Assembly (NCBI GenBank): GCA_963708025.1
Contig: CAVPSB010000010.1
Coordinates: 32,001 to 96,000, forward strand
Length of the DNA stretch: 64,000 nt
Direction of reading: 5' to 3'
Source: an uncultured Candidatus Rokubacteria bacterium
Lineage (GTDB): Bacteria > Methylomirabilota > Methylomirabilia > Rokubacteriales > DASRDR01
Part shown: one piece after another, positions 1 to 9,841 of the stretch
How the letters are laid out: every line of letters starts with the position of its first letter
Numbering within the stretch: the first letter of the stretch is position 1
Notes under the pieces: generated by a model
The model's database searches: none
Seen by the model: the letters and a program-made list of their open reading frames with translations, nothing else
What the model was told of the DNA's origin: nothing
Position numbers and translations under genes: made by a program

Positions 1-412
1 CCTCGATGGGCTCGGTCGGCGACGCCTACGACAACGCCCTGTGCGAGAGCTTCTTCGCCACGCTCGAATGTGAGCTGCTCGATCGCACCCGGTTCACCAC
101 ATCGGGCGAGGCCCGCGCCGCGCTCTTCGACTTCATCGAGGGCTGGTACAATCCTCGCCGGCGGCATTCCGCCCTGGGTTACGAGTCGCCGATCCGTTAT
201 GAGCGGCTCCACACGCTTCCGAACTCGATGCGGCCGGTCCCGACCGGAAGCGCGACCGCCGTATTGCCTCTACAAGGCCCCTTGGACGAGGGGGGCGCTA
301 TCTCCCTATCCCCCCACACTGCCCTTTCCACCCCTTCCACCGGGCGAGGGCGCCCATGAGTCAGCGCTGCGAACCTCAGCCGTTCACCGTCCACGAAACC
401 GGGTCAACTCCA
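1..412 (+). mobile_element. Right end of an IS3-family insertion sequence (transposase C-terminus 6..359, then probable right inverted repeat ending ...CA at 412)
   Basis: ORF reads GDAYDNALCESFFATLECE...FDFIEGWYNPRRRHSALGYESP, typical of the IS3 OrfB integrase-core C-terminus. It is followed by CGTCCACGAAACCGGGTCAACTCCA (388-412), which resembles IS3 terminal repeats. Truncated by the window start. Confidence 0.85.
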
Positions 413-671
413 GATGTCCTCAACCGCCGCTAGGCCCGGCGGGAAGAGGGCGTTCGAACGAGATCCTGACCAGTCAACCCGGCGAGTTGTCCTAGACGTG
501 CAGCGAGCGCGTGAAACCGGTCAACCGCGTCCCGCGTATGTGGGAGAGTTAGGTTGCCTGTAGTCAGCGCGTCGAGCACCTGACGTGGTGACTGGCCCGC
601 GTTTGTGGCGTGGTCTCTAACACGCCTCCAACTACCCGTCCTCGCAGATGGGCTGCCAAGACCAATCCAGG

Positions 672-1048
672 TCCGTCCTTCGCCCAAAGCGTTTCCGACT
701 CACGCGGCGTCCCACCGTGCTCTTGCGATAAGCCGGCAGGTCCGACGCGGGGCAGCCGGGAGCCTCAGGCCGTCGGCTCCGCCACCCGAGATGGTGGATG
801 TCAGCGTGAGACGGATTGGCGCCGGAAGGAAGGATCGTGTGGGGCGTTGCGCCTGGGTAGCGGGAGGACGGCCGGGCGATGTTGGACTATGCGGCCCGCC
901 GGACGTAGCGACGAAGCTTGGGCCGGGTCACCATTCGCTTGTACACGGCGAGCTGGTGGCGCCGGGCGAGGTTCTCGAGGGCGAGCTGCCGGTGGCCGCC
1001 GCAGAGCAACGGGAAGAGCCAAAGCAGGTGGAGCAGCGTGCTGATCAT
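672..1048 (-). pseudogene. Internally deleted integrase-core/IS481-like element remnant (ORF 887..1048)
   Basis: MISTLLHLLWLFPLLCGGHRQLALENLARRHQLAVYKR..RPKLR matches the N-terminus of this family and is joined directly to RYVRRAA*, the usual C-terminus (GGLHHRYxRRAA). The catalytic core is absent. The left boundary is approximate. Confidence 0.6.
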
Positions 1049-1088
1049 GGAGAGAGATTGTCTCCGGATCAGAATAATCCAGGCTAAC

Positions 1089-1127
1089 CTTGCTGGATAA
1101 GCAGGGAGTCGCTGGTTCGAACCCAGG
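1089..1127 (+). other. Degenerate tRNA 3'-half fragment (anticodon arm, variable loop, T-arm)
   Basis: CTTGC-TGGATAA-GCAGG GAGTC GCTGG-TTCGAAC-CCAG has tRNA arm geometry and a TTCGA T-loop. No D-arm or acceptor stem is present. Confidence 0.5.
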
Positions 1128-1215
1128 AGGCCAAGGAGAAGGTGGCGACGAAGAGACCTCCCCGAGGGAAGAAGGTGACAAGTAGGGAGCAAGGGACGTG
1201 TCCAGAGAGAAGCCG

Positions 1216-1554
1216 ATGGACGACCTGGAGTCCGAGTGGCAGCGCAAGGGCGCGACGCTCAGCGACAAGACGGCGCGGAAGGAGTTCGGGCTGACGCAGG
1301 AGGAGATCGTCCGGGCAATCCGAGCCGGCAAGCTCCGCTACCGGCGTAACGCGGTCTTCGGGAACCCCTTCCTGCGGCTTCTCCGACGAGAGGTCGAAGC
1401 GCTGGTTGAGAAGAAGCACGGATACGACTACCTGAAGGGGCGGCAGGCGACGACGGAGTTGGCCCGTATCAACCGCGAGGTGAAGCGGCTGAAGACCCAG
1501 ATCGCCGCGCTGGAAGAGCGGAAGTCAGAGCTGATCGCCGACCTCGGGAGGTGA
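1216..1554 (+). CDS. Hypothetical protein (possible HTH-like N-terminus, C-terminal coiled coil)
   Basis: Clean ORF with protein-like composition. The C-terminus LARINREVKRLKTQIAALEERKSEL has a heptad pattern. Confidence 0.7.
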   Translation: MDDLESEWQRKGATLSDKTARKEFGLTQEEIVRAIRAGKLRYRRNAVFGNPFLRLLRREVEALVEKKHGYDYLKGRQATTELARINREVKRLKTQIAALEERKSELIADLGR

Positions 1555-1591
1555 CAGCGTCACCCTGGTATCGAACAAGGAGCGAGAACAA

Positions 1592-2893
1592 TTGAAGGGG
1601 TACTTTGCGCAGGTCCGTCGCGCCGGCTTCGATATCGGTCTCTCGGCCGGAAAGCTCACCAAGGCGATGGTCGAGGTGCTCTCACAGTTGCCGCCTGAGG
1701 CGACGCCCTCGAAGGAGGTCGTCGTGCAGCACCTCGGCCTCCTCGGGCAGATGTCCAAGACCCGCGACATCAACGCCGCCTGGAACAGCGCCAAGCGCCA
1801 AGTCGTGCGAGAGCACCCCGACAGGTTCTGTCTCGACGGCAAGGTCCTGCGTTGGGCATCAGCGATGGAGGATCGCCCCCGAGAGAAGCTCTCGACCGCC
1901 GGCCATCGCAAGCTCGCCGCTCTGGCCGCAAAGGAAGGGATGACGCCGGATGAGCTTCTCGAGTCGCCTGATCTCCTCCTGGCGCAGCGGAGGGAGATGA
2001 CGGCGCGCGACCGACTCCAAGTGCGCGTCAACGACGAGCTCGTACTCGACGCGGGGACGTGCGAGGGGGTCTCGGGTCCGCAGGGTCCCGAGACGCTCAT
2101 TCGCCCGCCCGAGACCACGCTCTTCCACCAGGTGCTCGCCTACCTCAAGGCGAAACCAGATCCGCCCAAGCGCCCGTCTGGCTCGATGGTCGGCCGCGAG
2201 GGCGTAGCCGCCACGGCGCTGACCGTGCGCTGGGGCTCCTACCTCGCCGTGCTCGCCGACCACGACAAGCCCGTCTGGCCGGCGGTGAGCTCAATGGAGA
2301 CGAGCCGCATCAGTGACGAGGAGATGGCACGCATCAACATCGAGGCGTCCGCAGCGCTCGCGGACTGGATCGACCTCTACCGCGCGGACTCCGGGGGACG
2401 CCTCTACACGCAGCTTGTCCACCGGGCTGTCGCCTACCTGCCGATGCCGAAGGGGACGTCGAAGCTCAAGGCCGGCACGTTCGCGACCCTTGCGGACTCC
2501 AACGTGGCATCCCGCGTGGTGCACGCCACAGACACTGAGCGACTCGCGCGTGTGCGAGCGGACGCGGAGCGGTACCCGAGCAGGCTTTTCGCCAACGCGC
2601 TGGTGAACGTGGCGTGGCGCAACGGACCCGTGGAGGACATCCACGCGGGATACTTCCGAGGGTACCCGCTCGCACAGCGGCGGGTGACGCGGGCGGAAGC
2701 GCGGGAGCTGATGCATGTCGCGAGCGAAGGGATGGCGCTCGGGATGACGGTGTGCCTGCAGTTCGCCATGGAGCAACCCAAGCGGTCATGGCCCGAACAG
2801 GTGCTGCCCTACGGTCTGGCCTCGATGATGTTGGTCACGCCGTCGGGCTGGACCCTGACGGAGGCCTCCCGTGAGGTCCGCCTGCCAGCGTAG
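1592..2893 (+). CDS. Hypothetical protein; may be two fused ORFs, with an internal start at 1997
   Basis: 433-aa ORF with an in-frame ATG at 1997 directly after GGAGGGAG. No family recognised. Confidence 0.6.
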   Translation: MKGYFAQVRRAGFDIGLSAGKLTKAMVEVLSQLPPEATPSKEVVVQHLGLLGQMSKTRDINAAWNSAKRQVVREHPDRFCLDGKVLRWASAMEDRPREKLSTAGHRKLAALAAKEGMTPDELLESPDLLLAQRREMTARDRLQVRVNDELVLDAGTCEGVSGPQGPETLIRPPETTLFHQVLAYLKAKPDPPKRPSGSMVGREGVAATALTVRWGSYLAVLADHDKPVWPAVSSMETSRISDEEMARINIEASAALADWIDLYRADSGGRLYTQLVHRAVAYLPMPKGTSKLKAGTFATLADSNVASRVVHATDTERLARVRADAERYPSRLFANALVNVAWRNGPVEDIHAGYFRGYPLAQRRVTRAEARELMHVASEGMALGMTVCLQFAMEQPKRSWPEQVLPYGLASMMLVTPSGWTLTEASREVRLPA

Positions 2894-3213
2894 AGCCCGC
2901 TGTCCGCGATTGGCGGGCCGCGAGGAGCGCCGTCGTTATCGCGACCATCCAACACACCGATTCGGGCAGTGAAATCCAAGGCACCGAGGCCTGCTATGAC
3001 AAAGGCGGTGTCCCGGTCAGAAACATCATCGGCCCGCCCTTCTCGATTCTCCGACGCGCGGTGAGGGGGCATGGGCGTGCGCCGGCGCCTGCGGCGAGGC
3101 TGCCGGTCTCGCGAGTGATCTGGACGAAGTCGCCCGGGAAGACCTCGGCGGCGCAGATGGCGCGCCACTCGCCCGCTCGGTGCCTGATATCCAGACGACC
3201 GGCCGCTCGGCCA

Positions 3214-4402
3214 TCACCGTTCCCGGCGTGGTGGTCTCCGGAATGCTTCGAGGTGGGGCATCAGGTCGCGGAGCAGGATGCGCGTGTTGAAGGGGAGGAC
3301 CGCCTGGGGCAGGGCGCCGGCCTGGACGGCCAGGGACCGTCGCACCGCGACCAGGAGGTTGGGCGCGCGGACCCGCCCCAGCTTGCGGAGCTTGCTCGCG
3401 AGGTACTCCGGGGTCCAGTAGCCGACGATCTCGAGCGCGACCTCGGTGCCGTCGGCGTGGGTGAACACGAAGTCGGGGATGAGGAGCTCGCCGCCCGTCT
3501 CGAGGATCATCGCCTCCCGTCGGAGGCGCCAGCCGTCCCGCTCGCGGCCGAACTTTTCGGCCAGCGCCGCCTCGATCGCCGAGTCGAAGAGCCTCGGCGC
3601 CGGGACGCGGGATCGAAGGCCGTCGGCGGAGGACAGCGTGAAGGTCAGCGGACGCCAGCCCTTCCGCAGGACGATCTCGGCGGTGAGTCGCCAGTCCCGA
3701 GCCTGCACGAGGGCGGCCAGGAACCGGGCGAAGTCGACCCCATAGGCGTGGGTGTGACGGAGGATCGAGTTGGGGCCGTCGAAGACGAACCGGTAGCCGC
3801 CACCAGCCGGCTCGATCCGATGCAGGAGGCGAGCGAGGCGTGCGTACTGGACGACATGCCGGAAGTCACGGGCAGTCTCCAGCGCTGACGCGGACCGCGG
3901 AGTAGAGCAGGGCCTGGGCCTGGCCGAGGTCGTAGTCGGCCCGGAGATCCTCCGGGGTGTAGTCGCCGGGGAACGAGCGGAGGCGGTGAAACTCGGGGTA
4001 GTCGGCGTACAGGAGCGCGACCAGTCCGTCCGGCTGGTCCGGCGCCTCGCCGAATACCTGGGCGACGACAGCACCCGCATCGGCGCGGTCGAGCACGGGA
4101 TGGCGGCCGCCGGCCAGCTCGAAGACTCGTACTCGACGCTCTGGCGCCTGCGGGCCGCGAGGCCACTCGTAGGTCGCGGTGTCATCGAGGAGCTGCACGA
4201 TCGCCTCGACACGATCCGGGCGCACGTTCTCGAGGGCTGCCCGGGCGGCATCCCGCACGCGCCCGAGCCGTGTGCCCGCACTGGCCCGGTAGACGGCGAG
4301 CGCCCGCTCCAGGTGCGCGACGTCCGCCTCGGGCAGGCGGTCAGAAGAGATGGAGCTGTCGCGCCTGTTCCAGTGATAGACGCGCTGCGGCTTTGTAAGC
4401 AC
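3214..4402 (-). CDS. DUF790/Bax1-like predicted nuclease (frameshift near 3885)
   Basis: The N-terminal half is in the 3866..4576 frame (VLTKPQ...YDLGQAQALLY). The C-terminal half is in the 3214 frame (DGPNSILRHTHAYG...FDSAIE...IPDF...EIVGYWTPEYL), which carries the DUF790 motifs. Confidence 0.85.
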
Positions 4403-5810
4403 CCGTTCGACCGCGCCGCCGCGAGGTCTCGACCTCCGGCGTTTCCTGGAGCACCACCTCGTAGAGCCGCGCCGCGCGGTCTCCGGAGCGCCGCAGCAGG
4501 CGACCGATGCGCTGCACGGCCTCCTTGACGCCCTTCTCGCCGCCCAGCACCACCCCCACCTTGAGGGCGGGGGCATCCCAGCCCTCGTTGAGCACCTCGC
4601 AGGCCGCGATGGCCCGGATCGTCCCGCGAGCGAAGGCGTCCAGCACGGCGTTGCGCTCGCGCTTGTCCGAGTGGGCGGTGAGCGCGGGAACCAGGAAGCG
4701 CGCCGAGACCTCCAGCGCCATCCGGTTCGAGGCGGTGAAGATCACGCACGGCTCGTCGGGGTGCAGCCGCAGGATGTCTTCCACCACCCGGAGTTTCTCC
4801 GCCGACCGGTGGATGAGGGCGAGCTTTCGGCGGTAGGCGCGGAGGACCTCGCGGGCCTCGGCGTCGGTCCGCGACCGACGCGTGAGGTCGGTCCACTCGA
4901 AATCCGGCTCCTCGCGGCGGCGCTCGGCGACGTACGCGCGGACCCGGCGGGAGAGCCGGTCGAACTCGTCCTGCTCCTCGGTGCCGAGGTAGATCGGCAC
5001 CCGGACGAGGCAGTAGTCGGCGAGCGTCCGGCCCTTGGCCTCCGCGATCTCCTCGCGGAAGACGAGGGGGCCGATCAGCTCATCCAGCAGTCGCTCCCGC
5101 TGATCGGCCCGCTCCGGGGTCGCCGTGAGGCCGAGTCGCAGCGGCGCCAGGGAGTCGAGGGCGCTCTCGTGCAGGGTCGGGCCCGGCAGGTGATGGGCCT
5201 CGTCGAAGACGACGAGGCGGAAGCGGTTGCCGATCTCCTTCATGTGGATGTAGGCGCTGTCGTACGTCGTGACCGTGATCGGCCATACCTCGCGCCGCCC
5301 GTCCCCGAGCACGCCGGCGTCGAACCCCAGGCCCTGCCGGATCCGCCGCTGCCACTGGTACATGAGGTCGCGGAGCGGGGCGACGACGAGGGTCGAGACG
5401 CGGTGGCGGGCGACGATGGAGAGCGCGACCTCCGTCTTGCCGGTGCCCGTCGGCTTCACGATCACGCCGCGCCCGCCCGCCCGCTCCCAGGCCGTGATGG
5501 CCGCCTCCTGGTCGGGCCTCAGCGGGGGCAGCGACGGCCGGAGCGGTGGGCACTCGAAGAAGCGCGCGGCCGTGTCCTCGAACGAGAGCGAGTAGGCGGC
5601 CGCGTCCTCGGACAGGCGCAGATGGTTGATCGCCTCGGTCCGCCAGGCCCCGACCCGCGGGTCCCAGGTGAGGTACGGCGGGACCGGTGTGCTCCGCGGA
5701 GTCTCGAGCCGGAGCGATCCCCGGTCGAAGGCGAGCCGAGCGCCGGGCAAGGGCGCGGGGAGGCGTCCGGACGGTCGTCGGGGGCGTCGAAGGTCAGGTC
5801 GGGCTGCCAC
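4341..5810 (-). CDS. XPB/Rad25-like superfamily 2 DNA helicase
   Basis: Motifs LRPDQ, PTGTGKT, DEAH, LGLTATP, LNEGWD and QRIGRLLR. Overlaps the DUF790 gene. Confidence 0.9.
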   Translation of the reverse strand: MAARPDLRRPRRPSGRLPAPLPGARLAFDRGSLRLETPRSTPVPPYLTWDPRVGAWRTEAINHLRLSEDAAAYSLSFEDTAARFFECPPLRPSLPPLRPDQEAAITAWERAGGRGVIVKPTGTGKTEVALSIVARHRVSTLVVAPLRDLMYQWQRRIRQGLGFDAGVLGDGRREVWPITVTTYDSAYIHMKEIGNRFRLVVFDEAHHLPGPTLHESALDSLAPLRLGLTATPERADQRERLLDELIGPLVFREEIAEAKGRTLADYCLVRVPIYLGTEEQDEFDRLSRRVRAYVAERRREEPDFEWTDLTRRSRTDAEAREVLRAYRRKLALIHRSAEKLRVVEDILRLHPDEPCVIFTASNRMALEVSARFLVPALTAHSDKRERNAVLDAFARGTIRAIAACEVLNEGWDAPALKVGVVLGGEKGVKEAVQRIGRLLRRSGDRAARLYEVVLQETPEVETSRRRGRTGAYKAAARLSLEQARQLHLF

Positions 5811-6115
5811 GACGTGATCCTATCAGAAGGTGGGAGGGCCGCTCGACCCGCTCAGCCTCGCCCAGCCCGGAGCCTCCTGATCCTTTCCAACTGTCGCTGG
5901 AGCGCACGCCCGGGGTCAGGCAGCCCGCGCGTCGTGGTGATGGAGGCCGATCGACCGCCGCCCTCGGCGCTCCGGGCGTTCCTCGGGAGCTTCCGGGCGT
6001 GACGCCCGCCTTGGCCACTGGACGCGGATCCGCGGGGGACCCGGCTGTCGGTGAGATACGTTCAGTCGAGACGCGCCATCCGTCAATTCTGACCGGCCCA
6101 GTGACCCAGGTCTCA

Positions 6116-6141
6116 CTTTACGTTATACTGCCTTCGTAAAG
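6116..6141 (+). promoter_or_regulatory. Palindromic operator enclosing the -10 box of the TA operon
   Basis: CTTTACG-N12-CGTAAAG inverted repeat around TATACT (6124-6129), just before the AAGGAGG RBS. Confidence 0.6.
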
Positions 6142-6154
6142 GAGGACGCTGACG

Positions 6155-6382
6155 GTGCCGACGAAGGAAGTGACGCTCAGTTCCAAGCATCAAATCGTCA
6201 TCCCTCGGGAGTCGCGCAAGGTCCTCGGTCTCAAGCCGGGTGACAAGCTGTTGATCGTGACGCTCGGGGAACAGGTCATCGTGCTTCGCAAGCCGGGGCG
6301 TCATGCTGACGCGACCCGGGGGCTCGCTCGGGGCCTGTACCCGAAGGGATACCTCAAGGCCGAACGCGCCGCGTGGGAATGA
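6155..6382 (+). CDS. AbrB/MazE/SpoVT-family antitoxin (VapB-like)
   Basis: TLSSKHQIVIPRESRKVLGLKPGDKL is an AbrB signature. Stop overlaps the toxin start (ATGA). Confidence 0.9.
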   Translation: MPTKEVTLSSKHQIVIPRESRKVLGLKPGDKLLIVTLGEQVIVLRKPGRHADATRGLARGLYPKGYLKAERAAWE

Positions 6383-6828
6383 GCCCGCCCCTGGACTGGC
6401 GGCTCGCCCGAACGCTGGCGCTCGACACGGCCGCCTTCATCTATCACCTGGAAGCCCATCCGGTGTACGCGCCACGCCTCCTGCCCATCTTCCGGCAGAT
6501 CGAGCAAGGTCGATGTCAGGCCGTGACCTCGACCCTGACGTTCCTCGAGGTGCTGGTGCAACCCTACCGGACGGGTGACGACGAGAAGCGGGCGGCGCTC
6601 TCCGCGCTGCTGGCGTCGTTTCCCGGGGTGACCTGGATCGCCCTGGACTTACCCGTCGCCGATCGGGCCGCCGCTCTCCGGGCGCGGTACCGGCTGCACA
6701 CCCCCGATGCGATCCAGCTGGCGACGGCGCTTCAGGCGAGGGCGGACGTCTTCTTGACCAATGACCGCGATCTTCGGCGGGTCGAGGAAGTGCCGGTGCT
6801 GCTCATCGAAGAGTGCGTCGACCGATAG
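6379..6828 (+). CDS. vapC: PIN-domain VapC-family toxin
   Basis: PIN motifs LDTAAFIY, TFLEVL, PDAIQLATA and TND. Confidence 0.9.
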   Translation: MSPPLDWRLARTLALDTAAFIYHLEAHPVYAPRLLPIFRQIEQGRCQAVTSTLTFLEVLVQPYRTGDDEKRAALSALLASFPGVTWIALDLPVADRAAALRARYRLHTPDAIQLATALQARADVFLTNDRDLRRVEEVPVLLIEECVDR

Positions 6829-6955
6829 ACTCCCTGGGGGGCAGTCGGGAACGGGATGGGGTGTCGATGGCGTCGGCCAGGCTGTGAGACGCCGTGGTGA
6901 ACACTCGAGAGGTGCGTGTCTTCCGCGATCGGCCGACATGACGGCGATACCCTGA

Positions 6956-7324
6956 ATGTTGTCGATCAACGCGATCACCCTGGCGACGCACGACATGGCC
7001 CGGGCCGTCCGCTTCTACCGCGCCCTCGGATTCCAGGTCGAGTACGGAGACGAGCGGGCCGCGTTCACGTCGTTTGCGGTAGGGCAGGGACACCTGAACC
7101 TGACGGTGGAGCCGCCGGAGCGACGCTGGTCGTGGTGGGGCCGGGTGATCGTCTATGTCGAGGACGTCGACGCCGTCTACACCCGCGCCCGGACCCAGGG
7201 CCTCGAGCCCAGCTCAGTGCCGCGGGATGCCCCGTGGGGCGAGCGGTTCTTCCACATCACGGACCCCGACGGCCATGAGCTGAGTTTCGCCCAGCCGCTC
7301 GGCGATCGGAGTGGACGTCGATGA
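6956..7324 (+). CDS. VOC/glyoxalase family protein
   Basis: Motifs AVRFYRALGF, YVEDVDA and PWGERFFHITDPDGHEL. Confidence 0.9.
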   Translation: MLSINAITLATHDMARAVRFYRALGFQVEYGDERAAFTSFAVGQGHLNLTVEPPERRWSWWGRVIVYVEDVDAVYTRARTQGLEPSSVPRDAPWGERFFHITDPDGHELSFAQPLGDRSGRR

Positions 7325-7334
7325 CGGCGTCGCC

Positions 7335-7670
7335 GTTTGCGCTTCTCAACGGGGGCGGCATCCCCGATCTCGTGGCGGTGCAGGCCCCGGCGGCGGACTC
7401 CACGTCCGCGCGTTCGACGGAAGAACCGGGGTGCCACTCCCAGGTGCGATTGGGGCCTTCTTCGCCGATGACCCGTCTTGTGCGGGTGGGGTGTTCGTCG
7501 GCCGTGCCGATGTCAACGCGGAGACAGCGTGCCCGACATCAACACCGGAGCCGGTGCCGGGGGGGAGGGCGCCTGTGGAGGTGTTCAGCGGCGTGGACGG
7601 CTCCCCGCCGCCCCCCAATGGCTCGTTCTTCGCCTCACGCCGGCGTTCACCGGGGGGTGTCTCCGTCGAT
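7335..7670 (+). pseudogene. Decayed FG-GAP-type repeat protein fragment
   Basis: Pieces across several frames (GIPDLV, GAGPGGGLHVRAFDG, FFADDP..GGVFVGRADVN, PDINTGAGAGG, VEVFSGVDG) match FG-GAP-like repeats. Multiple frameshifts. Confidence 0.55.
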
Positions 7671-7773
7671 CCGTGACAACCTCTTGACATCCCACGGGCG
7701 GGCCGGCCGTACACTCGATGCGGAGACAGGACGGGGTGTCCGTGCAGTGCGGGATGAGAGAGGACGGTGAGAC

Positions 7774-8283
7774 ATGACGACGAGACGGAAGCTCCTCGGG
7801 TACGGCGTGACTCTCGGGTGGATGGGCGGATGGGTGGGAGCCTTTGGCGGCGTTGCGGCCTCGCTGGCCCGGGCCCAGGGCAAGACGGCCAGCGCCTTCG
7901 AGGTCGCCCGGTCCGACGCCGAGTGGCGGAAGCGCCTCACGCCGCAGCAGTTCCACGTGCTCCGGCAGCACGGCACCGAGCGGGCGGGGAGCAGTCCCCT
8001 CGACAAGGAGTACGCCAAGGGGGTCTACCACTGCGCGGGGTGCGACCTCCCGCTCTTCTCGTCGGAGACGAAGTTCGACAGCGGCACCGGCTGGCCGAGC
8101 TTCTGGGCGCCCATCGAGAACGCCATCGGGACCACCGCGGACCGGAGTCTCTTCATGGTCCGGACGGAGGTCCACTGCCGGCGGTGTGGCGGGCACCTCG
8201 GGCACGTGTTCGAGGACGGGCCCAAGCCGACCGGACTCCGCTACTGCATGAACGGCCTCGCGCTCGCTTTCAGGAGGGCCTGA
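7774..8283 (+). CDS. msrB: Methionine-R-sulfoxide reductase MsrB, probably exported (RR-containing leader)
   Basis: Motifs [32 protein letters not shown] and RYCMN. N-terminus MTTRRKLL followed by a hydrophobic stretch. Confidence 0.95.
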   Translation: MTTRRKLLGYGVTLGWMGGWVGAFGGVAASLARAQGKTASAFEVARSDAEWRKRLTPQQFHVLRQHGTERAGSSPLDKEYAKGVYHCAGCDLPLFSSETKFDSGTGWPSFWAPIENAIGTTADRSLFMVRTEVHCRRCGGHLGHVFEDGPKPTGLRYCMNGLALAFRRA

Positions 8284-8286
8284 TCC

Positions 8287-8902
8287 ATGCGATCCGTGGT
8301 GTTGCTCCGGCTCGCGGTGGTGGCGAGCCTGGTCGCCTTCACGGCGGTCGCCGCCGACGCGCAAGAGCTGGCCAAGGCCACGTTCGCCGGCGGCTGCTTC
8401 TGGTGCATGGAGCCCCCGTTCGACAAGCTCGACGGGCGTCGTCTCGACCACCTCGGGGTACACGGGCGGCCAGAAGGCGAACCCGACCTACGAGCAGGTG
8501 TCGGCCGGCACCACCGGCCATGCCGAGGCGGTGGAGATCGTCTACGATCCGCGCAAGGTCACCTACGCCCAGCTCCTGGAAGTCTTCTGGCACAACATCG
8601 ACCCGACCACGCCGGACCGGCAGTTCTGCGACATCGGCAGCCAGTACCGCGCCGCGATCTTCTTCCACGACGAGACCCAGCGCCGGCTCGCCGAGGAGTC
8701 GAAGGGGGCGGTGGCCCAGCGCCTCCGGCAGCCGGTCGTGACCCAGGTCGTGCTGGCCGCCACGTTCTACGTCGCGGAGGAATACCACCAGGACTTCTAC
8801 AAGAAGAACCCGATCCGCTACCAGGTCTACCGGACGGGCTGCGGCCGCGACCGGCGCCTGGAGGCGCTCTGGGGGAAGGCGACCTCGGCCGCGCCGCGCT
8901 GA
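8287..8902 (+). CDS. msrA: Methionine-S-sulfoxide reductase MsrA with signal peptide (frameshift near 8436)
   Basis: FAGGCFWCME in the first frame. TGHAEAV, QFCDIGSQYR and AEEYHQDFY in the second frame. Extra G in GACGGGCGTC. Confidence 0.9.
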
Positions 8903-9031
8903 GCCGGCCGGCCTCCCGCTTCGCCATCGCGGGGCCCTGACCCCGCGGCTCGACCGGGCCGCGCCGGTGGCCGGAACTGAGCAATTGTCACCGTCCCGGA
9001 GGAGGTTTTGGGGCCGAGGAAGCGGAGGGTG

Positions 9032-9195
9032 ACTTTGCCCGTACTTTGCCCGAACTATCGAGCGCGACCGTAGATCATCGACGGGAAGGGGAAGCTGAAG
9101 GAGCGGCTAAGCGGCTGGAATACTTACGAAAGCCACCGATGGTGTCGGATGGCGTTACGGTAGGGACGCGGGTTCGACTCCCGCCACCAGCACCA
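9032..9195 (+). other. Probable integration (att) site: direct repeats plus an isolated tRNA/tmRNA-like 3' end
   Basis: ACTTTGCCCG occurs twice (9032-9041, 9043-9052). GCGGG-TTCGACT-CCCGC CACCAGC A CCA at 9168-9195 has no matching 5' acceptor strand upstream. Confidence 0.6.
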
Positions 9196-9299
9196 GTTTA
9201 GTGCGCTCAGCCTCTCGCTTCTGGGCTCGCTCCGCCTGGCCGGGATAGCTCGGGACAGTTCCGCGTGAGGCGGGCCCTGGCTGGGGCGACTTCCGAGGG

Positions 9300-9662
9300 C
9301 TAGGAGCGCGTGCGAGGCTCCCGGCTGTGGGCTACGCGGAGCCGCTCCTCTTCCCAATCCGGCTCCACGTTGCCAGGCACGGCGATTCCCAGCGAGGCGT
9401 AGTCGGTGACACCCGGCGGGAGGTTGCCCATGGTCGTCGGCTCGGTCGTCATCAAGCCAGAGACCCGGACAGTCCCGGGAATCGCCGGGAGAACTCCGAC
9501 GACGCGGTCGCCCGGGGTGAGGTCGATGCAGGCGTCGTCGAAGATCGGCCGGACGGTGAGCTGGCCCTGACCATCGGGCCGGCGCGTTTCGAGCACGACC
9601 CATCCCATCACGACCTCGAGAGCGAACCAGCGACTGTCCAGTACATGCGCCTTCAGCTCCAC
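9300..9662 (-). CDS. Hypothetical protein
   Basis: ORF with an AGGAGG RBS before a GTG start. No family recognised. Confidence 0.55.
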   Translation of the reverse strand: MELKAHVLDSRWFALEVVMGWVVLETRRPDGQGQLTVRPIFDDACIDLTPGDRVVGVLPAIPGTVRVSGLMTTEPTTMGNLPPGVTDYASLGIAVPGNVEPDWEEERLRVAHSREPRTRS

Positions 9663-9841
9663 CAGCGCCACCTCCTATGGCCGCCGCTTCTCCCACCGCG
9701 CCCGGGTGGCTTTCCGGGCATGGGCCAACGGGGCGAATTCTACCACCGGGCGGCCGCCTTCCGCCGGGCTCGGAGCGCGTGATAGCTCGAGGGCCTCGAG
9801 CGGTGGGACGCGCGCCTGGTGGGAGGTGCTGAAGGCCGAGG

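Noticed and set aside
430-687. Gene fragment on the minus strand next to the IS end
   Set aside because: Looks like a truncated piece of a larger protein, but no family can be supported from motifs.
2900-3210. Possible small ORFs between the hypothetical gene and DUF790
   Set aside because: Only short, protein-like fragments with no RBS or recognisable motif; probably decayed sequence.
7684-7715. TTGACA...TACACT promoter for msrB
   Set aside because: The 20-bp spacer is too long for a standard sigma70 promoter, and no MerR-type dyad is evident.
8430-8445. Programmed frameshift or selenocysteine in msrA
   Set aside because: The catalytic GCFWC is Cys-encoded, there is no slippery heptamer, and the break matches the window-wide indel pattern.
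9120-9195. Complete tRNA or tmRNA gene
   Set aside because: No complementary 5' acceptor strand (GCTGGTG) or D-arm upstream; only the 3' end is present.
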